Below are positions 1-11,919 of a stretch of DNA of 64,000 bases, one piece after another. Source of the DNA: Guillardia theta CCMP2712 (taxonomy: Eukaryota > Protista > Cryptophyta); the NCBI RefSeq assembly GCF_000315625.1, contig NW_005434647.1:229132-293131 (forward strand), in the 5' to 3' direction. Each line of letters begins with the position of its first letter. The stretch's first letter is position 1. The notes beneath the pieces are model-generated. The model had not been told where the DNA came from. It made no database searches and worked only from the letters and a program-made list of their open reading frames with translations. Both the position numbers and the translations under genes were made by a program.

Positions 1-2585
1 GCTTGATAGCATCGAGGCTGAAATCTTTGGGGGGACGCCGCAGGAGGCGAAGGGGGTGCACAGGGGAGGAAGGGAGGACGACGGAGGAGGCTCGCTGCTG
101 ATGAAGGTCGAGCACAGGAGGGGGCCTCCGATCCTCTCGCCGTATCTGCAGCACCACAGGGTGGTGCCGTCGAGCAGGAGGGCAGATTTTGAGAGCAAGT
201 GGATGCCCAAAGAGGTTAACGGCTCGGTGATGACGAGGCTGAAGAAGGAGCTGGGAAGCAAGGCCGTCCCTCGAACCATGTCCTTCCTCAAGTCGCTCAT
301 GAGGTCGCTGAGCCGCCTCCTCCCGACGGAGGGGAGGATGGCTCTCATCGAGGCACTGCAGAGCTACGAGGCTGGGAAGCTGTCAGAGGTGACCCTTGCG
401 GAGAGGATAAAGGGGCTGGTGGACCAGTACAGGATAGTGGTGCCACTTGAGGATGGGCACGGTTACCTGCCATGGAGGAGGTCGAGCAACGATCCCCCTC
501 CCCTGTCGTTTGATGAAGCTTCTCCTGCCAACGACGGGATGGCTGAAGTTTCTTTCACTAAGAAGGGGAAGCGGAAGCTTGACGATCGTGACGAGTTGGC
601 TGACATGCAGGATCCTGCAAGGCGAGCAGGGTTGAAACAGCAGGAGGACGAGGAAGGAGAGGATGGCTGCATGGAAGAAGGAGGGTCTTCAAGCAGAGGG
701 GCAATGCAGGGGGAGACGTCTAGTGAGCAACTCGAGGACACGCCGATGGCGCAGCATATTACGGGGAAAGTAAGGAGCGTGTACAAGAGCAGCATGCCTG
801 TGAGGGTACGGGTGGTCGGGGAGAAGGTCTCAACGGCAGGAGGGTACCTGCATCGCTCTAAGGCGATCATGGCGTTCCAGGAAGCGAGAGGGGGGAAAGA
901 GATCCTGCTGTTTGCCATGTACACCAACGAGTTCGGAGCAGACGCGCAGGCCCCCAACACCGGGAGGGTCTACATCGAATGCATAGACGGGCTGCCGCTG
1001 AGGCCGAACGAGAGGGGGGAGGAGAGGGAGGAGCTGGTGCGGGGGATCATGTACGGCTACCTGGAGTACATGAAGCTTTGCGGCTTCTCCTTCATCCACC
1101 TGCGGGTCCCTCCTCCCCACGACTCCAACTGCCAGATCTTCTCGAGGAGGCCGGCGGACGTGCGGCTCCAGTGGTCCATCAGGATGTCCCTGTGGCTCAA
1201 GAAGCTCCTGCGAAGCGCCGCGGCCGCCAAGATCATCGACGCTTACCAGTGTGGAGCCCATGGCAGCATCCTCAACTACCCCCCGACGCTCCTCCCCGCC
1301 CGTCACCTCTACCTGGAGTGCACCTTTGCCAAAGTGGAAGCAGCAAGTGCCAACCGTATCTCCTTCGCATCCCAGCAGCAGGTACTGGACACTCCTTCCA
1401 ATCCCCTCCCTGCTCGCCTACCCCCTCGTATGCTTCTCTCGTTGTCTGCGCCGTGTACCCCTGCCCTCTGTTGCTTGCTATGGTATATCGTTTAACGCGT
1501 TGGCAGCTGCGAGAAAGACTGTTTGTGGTTCGTCTGCACCCGGGTCCCAGGACAGGAGGAGGAACAGGCGTGCGCGCCATCGATCGCTCTCCCCTCGTCC
1601 CAGCGACCACCGCAGCCTCTCGGCAGGACCTCATGTGAGTCGAGGGGTAGCGCATCCTCAGGCCGCTGACGAGGAGAACGAGCAGCAAGACGTTGACGAC
1701 GCGGCGCTGGTCGTTTCACACTCTTGCTCATGCTACGACGACGACAACGGGACTGTGAGCTGGCACAGGAGCATGGGCGGCGTCTGATGGTTGCGAGCAG
1801 GTTGCAGATGCTGATCAGTGAGCAGCGAGCGGCGAGAAAGCAGGTGGGTGGGAAGAGGAAGCTGTTGTAAGATGATGACGCACCTGCAGGAGGCGACAGA
1901 GGCGTCATCCTCCTCCTATCCTGCTGCAGACACCTCGATGGCTGCTGCTTCGAGCTCTTCCTCCAAGGATGCATTTAGGACTCCTGAGCGTCTATCCCAG
2001 CAGCTAGCAGCCATGCTCGAGCGATCCGCCGAGACCACACCGGTTGTTGAGCATGCAGCGGTTCCTCTCAGTGACGGGGAGAGCGCAGAGTGGATCAGTG
2101 CCAACGCCAGGACAAGAACTTGCTGAGAACCGATCGGAGTTCCTGGTTAGGGAGGCAGCCTGTGCATATCCTGCTCTCCTTACTCCCCTTTCAGGATTCC
2201 GTATTTGAGGTCTGGGAGAAGCCAAGGGAAGAAAAGCTGGTAAGCCAACGCATCTGCCTCCTCCTGTTCCTCTTCTGTTCCCCTCCAAATCTGCTCTATA
2301 GCCCCTTGCTTTCCTTCCTTTCCTCTCCTTGTGTCCCGCCAGCCGCCATCTGACTTCCGGGCAGTCTGCCATCACTGCCAGCACCGTCTCGCCGCTCATC
2401 CAGCCTTCTCCGAACCTCCGGCACATGCAGGTGAGGACCTGCTGCAGGAGGGGACCTCACCGCTGACTCGCTTCAGCATGAGATGCAGGAGCTGGGGCAG
2501 CAAGAGATTGACGATGGCTCTTCCCTGTTCTGCATGGACACCCTTCAGTTGTGATCGGGACGTCAGGGGCCTTGGGAGTAGCTAG
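1..2585 (+). CDS. p300/CBP (KAT11)-type HAT-domain protein, 5' truncated, multi-exon; catalytic residues degenerate
   Basis: The frame is open from the window start. KAIMAFQE..LLFAMYTNEFG..PNTGRVYIECID..IMYGYLEYMK..GF..IH..PP matches the p300 HAT core. The exon from 1507 (LRERLFVVRLH..DRSPLVP..RQDL) and the next exon (RRWSFHTLAHA..T) match the HAT C-terminal part. The 3' end is uncertain (about 2480-2585). Confidence 0.8.
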
Positions 2586-3959
2586 GAAGGTCTCCTTCCC
2601 GTACAGCTGGGATGTTCTTGGGGCTGCGTTCTGCTCAGAACCCTTCCTCCTGCACACTTGCGACTCTCACTTGCTTCTTGGAACCTCTCTTGTTTCTTTG
2701 CCATGCGCCCTGTGCTAACTTTGACTTGTCTGTAAGATATGAATGCAATGAATGTAAGATTGAATGAATGCTCCGTTTAACTCAACCCACGTTTGCAGAG
2801 TATGTCACATACCTCGCTGACTTCACAATCATAAGAACCAGCGGGAATCGTTACAATTTCATGTACCCTTCTTGTATCGGTTTTGACTAGGATGTCGTTT
2901 TTGACCGTTTATTCATTTCCTACCCTTCCTACCCATTTTCATCCTTCTATACAACCTGAAGCTCCCTCACGAGCTCGTTTCACCTGCAGTCTGCCTTGCA
3001 ACCACAACCCAAGAAGTTCCCGTCTTGATTTATGGATGGGCCTAGCGATTTCTCTGACATCTTCAGCACTTTCATCGCTCCATCTTCAAGGACATTTCCG
3101 TTATGATCAATGCATGGCCTCCTGGTTATTTCCAGGTTGATGATACTAAAGGCGACACAGCCTGAAGCGCTGCCGCTGACTTGTCGATCATTGAAATCGT
3201 CCTGGACTTGACTGTAGATGGTGTTGCGTCGCACGCAGAAGCTGGCAGCGTGTGCTCGTGCACATGCAGTTGAGACCACCAGACTTGCTCGCCTTCGACC
3301 AGCGGAACATGCTGAGGGGCTTTGCATCACCAGGGCCCCATGCGAATCTCCAAAACTCGAGCAATGCAAATGAGGTCTGAGATGAGACGAAAGGAGGAGA
3401 GTTGAGCTCTGCGAAGATTGTTCGATCATGTCGCAGAAATATCTGAGGAAAGTGCGAGAAATGTGCACTAACGAGCCACAAAACAATGTGCGAAGCAACA
3501 AGAGCTGAGAATGAACCAGACACAGCGAGGAATTCAAGGTAGGAGGCGGAGAGAAGAGAGGAAGCAAGGCTGGGGGATGGAGGCGAGGAGGTTGCAAGGA
3601 GAGGAATCAATCTTGATCTATCTGCAGGAGGAGACGCTTAAGACGAGATTTCTTTACGGGCTTAAGAGGAGTGACAGGAGGAAAGGCAAGGCAAGGCATC
3701 GCTTCGAAGCTGCAAGGTCGCATCCCCTGCACCACCCTACCCCCAACTTTCCTCCATTTTTCGGGTACTTGACGGAGACCGGAGCGTTAAACCGCCGTGA
3801 CCCCCGTCAGCCGTCACGTTACCGGACCCTCCGGGATGGCTCTTAACGACTCCCAACTGGTGAGCGTATCTGAAACGAGGGGGTCAAATGCCCTTCTGAG
3901 TAGGGGTGGGGTCGAGCATTTATCTGCTTCCACGATAAGACCTGGTTATTCGCGTTTAA

Positions 3960-5480
3960 ACTTGAAGTACCGTACAAGTTGTCACGTACTGATTTTTAAC
4001 TTAACTTTGAGTAACTAAACTGTCCGCCGCTGCCACGGTCAGCCTGTCGTCGTGACAGATTCTACCATCGCGCGGCGGCGCAGCGATCGGACGGCGGTCA
4101 CTGGGCGGCCACGGGTGCGCGGCGAGCTTCGGAACGCGAGTCAACTTACGGTTCGGTCCGATTACTGAGTGACGGAGTGACGGTGCCTGCCGGCCGCTGA
4201 GCCTGACTTTGAAGTCAGTCAGGCTCAGCTTTACTAAACGGTTTACAACTTACTAACTTAAGTTACCGTTAAGTTAGCCTTGACTCAGTGAAGCCGGGCC
4301 GTCCGATCGGAACTTTGCCCGTCCGGTCGGCCCCGGTGTGCCCGGCCGATCATGCCAGTGCCTACCAAGCACGGGGCCGCCGCGCGGGCGTGACGGCGGC
4401 GGTCCGTCCCGGTCTGCGGCGGGGGCGGCGTGACTGAGCCCGAGGTGACTCGGGCCCGACTGGCAACCGTTGGCCCTAGTAGTGCCACCGACTCAAACCG
4501 TTCAACGGTTCAACGGGTGACCGAACTCCCGGTCCGTCACCCGGCGGCGGTGCCGTCCGACTCAGTCGTCATCAGTCCGATCCGATGCCGCGGCCCTGGC
4601 CCCGGGCCGGGCACTGATCATTGGACACTTGAGTTATTACGGTTAGCCTGTCCGATCACGATACCGTGAATCAAGCCTATGCCATCATCATGGCCGGGCT
4701 TCAGTGATACAGTGATCATGCGGACCGTCAATTGAACTTGGCAGTTACCCGGTAATACCGTGCCGCATGCCGTCCGTGACGGTCAGCCACGTACCCGGTG
4801 ACCGGTGGCCCTCCGACGGTTCAACGGTTGGCCCGGACTCCGGGAACGGCCCGGCCGCGGCCGGGGCGGCCGGGCCGGGTTCAATGGTTCGAGCCAGTGA
4901 CTTTCCCTCAGCCTGTCAAGTTACCAAAGTTAAGTTCAACGGTTAAAAATCAGTACGAGGACACTGATTGAATCAGGAGAGTATCGGACTCAGCAGGCTT
5001 GGCACAGGCCATACGACGAGAAGAGAAAAGACAGCGAGAACCAACCCTTATCCGGGCCTGCCGCAGTGCCGACTGTGCTGTCCCCTTCAGTAAGTTTCCG
5101 ACAGTGACTCAGTGACTGTCACAACTGACCGTACCGTCGGACGGTTGGCAGCGCAGTCCGAGGCGCTGAGGCCGCGAATTCAGTGCCGCAGGTTCTGAAG
5201 CCGCCTGAGGCCGCTGAGAACGAGCCACGGGGGCGGTCTGACTCAGTCGTCACGCCACGCGACTGAGCCTCCGTCACGGACTCGGAGTCCGACCCGGTAC
5301 AGTTCTGAGAGGCTGAGGCTGGCAGTGAAGGCCGGTGCCGGAGGGGCCCTGGCAGAACCCGGGCCGGCGGTCAGCGTCACGGGCGAGTCGCAGCCGCGCC
5401 ATCACCATGCGGTACTAGAGGGCCCTTACAGGCTGAGCCACGTACGGTACGGTAGTGGCCGCGGTGACTCCGACCTGATC
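3960..5480. repeat. GC-rich palindromic-word mosaic island (intergenic)
   Basis: Dense CCGATCGG, CCCGGG, TGACTC/GAGTCA, AACGGTT and TAACTTAAGTTA words, with no credible coding frame. Confidence 0.6.
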
Positions 5481-5667
5481 AAGTTGATGATTGAGATGAT
5501 GGATATGAGCCAACCATTTCGAGCTAAGTCCGGGCAGCATCCCGGCATACCATACAAGCTTCTCTATTGCTCCACTAGGAGGTGAAGTAAAACAACCCTC
5601 ACATCGAAGGTGCAAACAACCATTATATCGAAGGTGCGATGACACAAGAACCGTTGTGTGGAACATG

Positions 5668-6504
5668 TTACGCGGATGAAGGAGTCTGGTATTCGTGTGT
5701 GCACGTATAGGCAAAGTATCCGTCACTGCAATACAGACCTGACAACTAGCAGATAGAAGACTTCATGGGGAATTGCACCTTCGTACTGCCACAAGCCATA
5801 AAACGAGTTGGATGATTGATCGTAGCTGCGTTGAACAACATGATTCGCTTGACTGGGCTCGATCCTGAACGTTCAAGTAGAGGCACACCATTGATCGTTT
5901 TCATCGTGTCTAGCCTGGTTTGCTTGTCCCGCCCATGGGTTTTCTCCCCATCTTTTCCAGCACTGATGACCCCTGGTGAGATAACGCGCTGCATGTTCTC
6001 TTGCGGCTACGCCGAGAAACTCCGGGCTGTATTTGTTAGCACGCATACCTTCCAGAGTCTTCCACTAGCTATAGGCTCTCATGTTCTCCGCTGCCATCAT
6101 GGCGGTCGTCGTTCGCTCTCCTTGTCACTCCTCTGGTGACTAGAAGGGCAAACCGGAGCAAACAAAGGAGGGGGAGGATAGAGCCTACAAACCCGCCTCA
6201 ATAAAATACTAGGAAACGAAGGAGGCAGCGAAAACCGGCACTCCAACCACGTAAGCGACGGCATGCACGACAAGCAGGGGAACAAGGATCAGGACAAAGA
6301 GCAGTAGCGCAAGGCCCCTGCGAGGAGGACGGATAGTGAAACACGCGCAAGGGGCGGATCTCCTGAGTTAACTAAAGATATCAGTCACCCCGTGCACGAT
6401 AGGTGGCCGGGTGCCGCCTGTTTTACTGCGGAGCCCCCGGGTCTGAGCGGGAAGGAGGGGTATCTGTATGAAATGCACACCACACAAACTTGACGGGGGG
6501 GCAT
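5668..6504 (-). CDS. Hypothetical small single-pass membrane protein with Cys/aromatic-rich C-terminus (spliced, not in the ORF track)
   Basis: Manual splicing gives MPPRQ|IPLLPAQ..|..RRGLALLLFVLILVPLLVVHAVAYVVGV..|WKTLEGMRANKYSPEFLGVAAREHAARYLTRGHQCWKRWGENPWAGQANQARHDENDQC|YDQSSNSFYGLWQYEG|LYCSDGYFAYTCTHEYQTPSSA*. The last three exons join in phase through GT-AG introns. Confidence 0.5.
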
Positions 6505-6757
6505 GCAGAGCGAGAGGAGGGGAGGGAGAGGTATGGAGATAGTCAGAGAGCACACCACACAAACTTAGGGAGAGGGAGGATGAGAGGATAGGTAGATAGA
6601 GTATGAGGTAGATGGACGGCCTGCTAGACACCCTGGAAGGTGATTGGAGGCGATGGCGCCGAAAGCAAGGAACGAGGGTTGCGAGAGTGCAAGAGTACAA
6701 GAGAGAAGGACAACCAGAGATAAACAGTCAGAGAGGGAGAGATTGGATTCATCTCGA

Positions 6758-9677
6758 ATGACGTCTTGTTACAGGCCAGCCTGCACTCCCATGAAGGCCA
6801 AATCTGTGTACCTCACTGGGAAACTCATATGTGGCGGGACAAGCGTGTCGAGGAGCATGCGCGTAACGCCACAGTTGACTGCAATTGTGCACCCCAAGTG
6901 GATCAGGTCCGATGGACTGACGCATCAGCTTTGCCTTCATGCCCGGAGCAGACAGCTGCAGCTGGTAAGCAGCCAGTGCTATACCACATGTGCAAGGGGA
7001 GGGCGATCGCGGCCGCAGGAGGCAACTAGGGAGCGATGGTTTCACTCTAGCAGAGTCTTGGGTCATGACGTGCGGAAGATTAAGGATGTTGCTCGTGAGG
7101 ACGCCAAGGGCGAGGAGGGCAAGCCGGACGACGAGGCCAACCACCGAGAGGCGCTCAACGTGACGTACCTTGGACTCGGGAAGAACATTGTGTTGTGCGT
7201 CGGGAAAGGTAATTGTGGCGTGTTGACCTTGTGCTCTTGCTCCCGTGTGGGCGCCCCACTGCTCTACTTCCGCATCCTTCCTGTCTCTACATCTCTCTAT
7301 CTCTCTGTCTCTCCCCCGCCCCCCCCCCCTTTCCCCCACTTTCTCCTTCTCCCTCCCTCCCCCCCCCCTCCCTCTCCCGGCGATATTGTCCTCCGGTGTC
7401 GTCCTACATCGCACTTTGTAATGTCCCTTGCTGCTGCTTCCCAGGCGTTTTCGGCGTCACCGCCAACTCCTCGGCTCTCATAGCCGACGCCATTCACTCG
7501 CTCTCCGACATGGTCGCTGACCTTGTCGCCCTCGCCACCCTCAAAGTTGCACATCTTCCAGCAGACAAGAAATACCCCTACGGTCAGCTGCCCCCCCTCC
7601 TCCTCCTTCATCTCCTCCTTCATCATCTCCTTCCCCTTCTTCCTTGTTTGTTGAGCCACCATGATGATTCCAACTGTCTTTCTGCTCTTTTTTTCTCTCC
7701 TCCTCTTGCTCTTGTGGTTTCTCTCTTCTTCTTCTTGATCTCTCTTCCTCGGCCCGATATTGATCGAACCGCAGGGCACGGCAAGTTCGAGTCCATCGGG
7801 GCCCTGTGTGTGAGTCGTGCTAGCGAATAGGTCGATGACAGCTGGGGTATGACTATCTGTCAAGGTGTCGAGCATGCTTGTTGCTGCTGGCGGTGGGCTT
7901 GCCTATCACTCTGTCGAGCTGCTGCAGGTCTGCCATTTCTTGCTTGCACGAACGAGGGACGTGACTCGGGCAGGCGGTGGAGGGAGCAGCGGTACCCACG
8001 GCTGCAGCGCTGTGGATCAGCATGGCGGCGATCGGGCTCAACGAGGCTCTGTTCCACATCACGCTCAAGGCTGGCAACCGAGCAAGAAGTCAGACAGTGA
8101 TAGCCAACGCCTGGCATCATCGATCAGACGCCTGTCAGACCACTTGCTCCCCCAAGCTTCTGTTTGACAAACCCGATGATCCCCCCGCTCCTTCTCCCTC
8201 TCTCACGTTTGCTGTTCATGTCTTCAACATGAAATTCCTTCCTCCTCCCCTTCCTCCTCCTTGCCCACTCCCCTGCTCGAACTCATCTTTTCTGTCAGTG
8301 TCTTCTGTGGTTGCCATGGTCGGTATTGGCGCAGCCATGTCCGGCTATCCCATCATGGACCCGATCGCTGCTGGAGTCGTTGGACTCATGATAGCAAAGA
8401 CCGGTATGTCCTTCACTTCCTTGTGCGATCTCATTCATCTGCTTTCGCCTTCTCTCCTCCTTCTTGTCATCATCCTCTACCTCCTTTCCGTCTCCTCCTC
8501 GAGTAACTCGTTTGATTGCTTTCCTCTGTCCCCTCTCTTTCAAACGTCTCTGACGCAACCAAGGAGGAGAGATGGTCCTTCAGAGCGTGCGGGAACTCAC
8601 TGACGCCAACGAGGAGGATTTCATTGAGGTACTCGGACCCGACAGTCCCCCCTAGCTCCTGACTTGCTGTAGGCTCTGGCAGAGACCATAGGAGCAGTTC
8701 CAGGTTCATTGTCTGTCTTGCCTTCTTGTTGCCTGCTGCTCCCTGCGCTAACATGCTCTTGTTGCAATCGCCACTTTGTTTGCTGCTTCGTCGTGGATGC
8801 TCTCGAACTCCTGAAGGTGTCTCGAGGATTCAAGCTGTCCGCCATCGCCGTATGGGTCCTTATCACATCGTCGATGCTCAGATCGAAGTTCAGTGCGAGT
8901 TGTCTGTGTCTGCTGCGTCCCAGGTCTCCCCTTCCATCTCCTCCTCCTCCTCCTCATCATCATCATCACCACCACCACCACCACCACCACCTTTCTTGAG
9001 CTCTTCTGGCTCTACTTTCTCTTCTTCTGCCCCTTCAGTAGCTGACTTCCAGCCGCCAGGTCGCTGACTCGGCTCGAGCTGCAGTGAAGCGCGAAATGCC
9101 GGAGGTTGTTTTGCAGGCTCTGCTCGCACGACTGACCTGACACTCTCTCGTCCTCCGCCTCCTGGCATCCGCAGGTAACAGAGATGATAGTCCATATCTC
9201 TCCAGNNNNNNNNNNNNNNNNNNNNNNNNNNNNNNNNNNNNNNNNNNNNNNNNNNNNNNNNNNNNNNNNNNNNNNNNNNNNNNNNNNNNNNNNNNNNNNN
9301 NNNNNCGGACATTCACCTTGAGCTGGAGGACCATTGCTGGGGTCAGTGCGGCCAGTCGCTGGGGTGAGTCCTGGGCGGACCTGACCTTTGCCCCGAGTTC
9401 CACCTCCTTCCTCCTCCCTTGTGCGCTCCTTCCTTGCATGCTTCCCCTTCTCTGCATCAAATTTCATCCCGGGGTCCTTCCGGGCCGACCTCCCGCGCCA
9501 CCCCAGGCCCTCCTTTTTCCCATCCGATGGCTCTCCTTTGCCTTGCTTACTTGCTCTGAGTTGCTCGCACGCAGCCCAACATGCGCCATCGCTGCCAAGG
9601 CGGAGAAGCTGAACAAGCCCAAGAACAGCGAATTGGCTGCGAGCACCTTAAAGGAGAAGAGAGCGGCAAGCGTGTAG
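6758..9677 (+). CDS. Cation diffusion facilitator (MTP6/MMT-like metal transporter), multi-exon, spans an N gap
   Basis: Motifs: NSSALIADAIHSLSD, PADKKYPYGHGKFES, IANAWHHRSDALSSVVA, MDPIAAGVVG, VRHRRMGPYHIVDAQIEV, VTEMIVHISP. The Arg-rich N-terminus suggests a mitochondrial presequence. The 3' end is approximate. Confidence 0.85.
9206..9305. other. Assembly gap (N run)
   Basis: N run. Confidence 0.99.
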
Positions 9678-9699
9678 CCGATGATTGACGCCGGGCTGC

Positions 9700-10490
9700 T
9701 GATAGCCTAACGCGACTCGCCCGGCCGAGTAGCGCATGCGCGTCATGGTAGGTCACCAGTGGTAGTCTAGACGATGATCGGATCAGTGAAGTACTGGCCG
9801 CATGTAAGCCATTGAAAGATTCTCCAGCCTGGCAGGCTCGCCGGACTGACTCGCTCTCGGCCGGCCTGCCATTCCGGCCCGCCGGCCCGGGTTGGAGTTC
9901 ACTGTCCGACAGCAATCCGCCGTCACTGTGACCGCGGAGGGGGGGCGCGCCGCGGCTGAGGAGTCGGGCTGCCACTGCCAGTCCGACGGTCAGGAGTCGG
10001 CACCGACGGTGAGTGCCGCCGCGCGGCCCGCCGTGATCGGATTCCGCGGCGCCGTGACAGTGAATCGGACTGGCAGCGCCAAGTGACTCAGTCGGAATGG
10101 CCCCGGCCGGTACTAAATTCAAATGATTTGTGACTCAGTCCGCCGATCATCATGCTAAGCCCGGGCCGCACCGTGACTCGGACCGTCACCGGGTGATCGG
10201 ACCGTGTGACCGTGCCACTGCCAGGAAGTTCAATTCCGACATGATCCTCCGAGGCGGCTCCCCCGGCGGGCCCAACTTGGCCCCCGGGCGGCTCGGTCCT
10301 GACTCGCCGCGGAGTCCGAGTCCGGGGCCGGCGAGAGGCTGGCCGCGGCCCACTGCCAGCCTGGAGTGCGGGCCCCCGGGCCGGGCCCGGCGCTTCAGTT
10401 CAGAGTCGGAAGGCTTCAACCGGGACTCAGCCGACGGGCACTGGAGTGTGACTAGTCACAAGTTTTTCAGACGGTCACTTGAAAGTTTCA
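9700..10490. repeat. GC-rich palindromic-word mosaic island (intergenic)
   Basis: Same word vocabulary as 3960-5480. Confidence 0.55.
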
Positions 10491-10596
10491 GATGCGCCTC
10501 CATGATTTGTAGGCGGAATTGTTGACGAACAAACAAGTCGTGGAGGAGGGCGTGCAATCCGTTGCTCCTTCCGGGCAAGCTTTTCCGTCACTCTCC

Positions 10597-11888
10597 ATGA
10601 GCATGCGTAGCAGAAGCGTCAGGATCTTGCTTCTTGCACTACTGCAGTGTGCTTCATGCTTCATTCTGCCGGGCCCGGGAGGTGTCAGCCAGTGCTCAAC
10701 AAGATCGTTCTTGACATGCCGCAGCATGCACGATAACAACGAGAAGGAGATGTGGTACGAAGAAAGAGTGTCTGAGAATCCCTCCAACGTAGAGAACCTG
10801 ATCAAGTTTGCTCATTTCCTGCAAGGCATTGGTAAGTACGATCGAGCAGCGAAAATGTACAGCACAGCCCTGCAGTTCGATTCGGAGGAGGCAAGGAGGC
10901 AATCGTACGAAATTACAAACAGCAAAAATGCCTCCATCGAGATAAGATCCTGGGAGAAGACAGAGATCGCAAACTTGTTGGAATACAACACACTTTCACA
11001 AGAATGGTCAGCAAGGAAGGTCTTGCTAAGGTGGGAAAGTAGCAAACCGTACTCTGTGGGCGGGCAACGGGAATGTAAGAGGCTCAAGCTTTCTCAACTG
11101 GATGCCCTTAACTTGGTTGAGAGCGAGCAGCTCTCGAAACAGTTCACGACCGGGCTGACCAGTGGAGGAGGCGAATGCGAGGAGCATGTCAGGGATTACT
11201 TCCGGGAGGTGTTGCAGCAGGTCAGGCGAGCATGGATACTTTCAACCATTTCTTAATAGCTGACTCGCTCCCAGCATGTCGCGCAGATGTTCGCGGACGA
11301 GTTCAACTTGCAGTTGGGGCAGGAGGGAGCCAAACAGGAAGTGAATTTTCTTCCGGTGAAAGTGCTCAAGCTCAAGGACGGGATGGCCTCAAACGTTGAG
11401 GCCTTCTTGGAAGGGGACTACAGGAAGCACAACGACAACTTCGGACATGTAATGCCGTAGCTCTCTTCATCTACTGTCATCTACCTCCCTTCATTTAATC
11501 GATACCGCCTTCCTGTTGACAACAGGAGCAATGACTTCCCACGCAGGTGCTGACGACTGACATCATCCCTCCTGCCCTCTCCCACTTCTCCTGGAAGATT
11601 TCAAGCGGGCGGCTCATGCTTTGCGATATACAGGGTGTGGACTGCACTTACACTGATGCGCAGATCCATTCCAACCTCACATCAATGAACTTTGGCAGAG
11701 GTGATTACGGGGAGGTTGGCATGAAGAAATTCTTTGAGAACCACGAATGCAACGAGATCTGCAAGATGCTAAAGTTGGACCAAGGAGAACGTTTTTCTCA
11801 TCCAAGCTTTTTCTCTTCGGGGGAGGGCTTACAAGCAGCTTTTGAAAGGATTGTGTTGCGGGGAGTAGATCTGTTTGTGAAGTTCTAG
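10597..11888 (+). CDS. Alpha-kinase (eEF2K/MHCK family) with N-terminal targeting peptide and one TPR-like repeat; exons 10597-11220, 11287-11448, 11547-11888
   Basis: Motifs: VEAFLEGDYRKHNDNFG, ALSHFSW..SGRLMLCDIQGV..YTDAQIHS, FGRGDYG..GMKKFFENHECNEIC. The TPR-like segment is NPSNVENLIKFAHFLQGIGKYDRAAKMYSTAL. Confidence 0.88.
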
Positions 11889-11919
11889 ATCGCTGAGAGA
11901 CTGGAGACTTTCGAAGTTC

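Noticed and set aside
2980-3700. Possible minus-strand spliced gene
   Set aside because: Splice-like signals exist, but no unique phase-consistent model or recognisable motif could be built.
9547-10525. Arg/Pro/Gly-rich ORFs in GC-rich islands (also 12515-13108, 28162-28685, 60736-61172)
   Set aside because: They are stop-poor by composition, with no domain motifs or splice structure.
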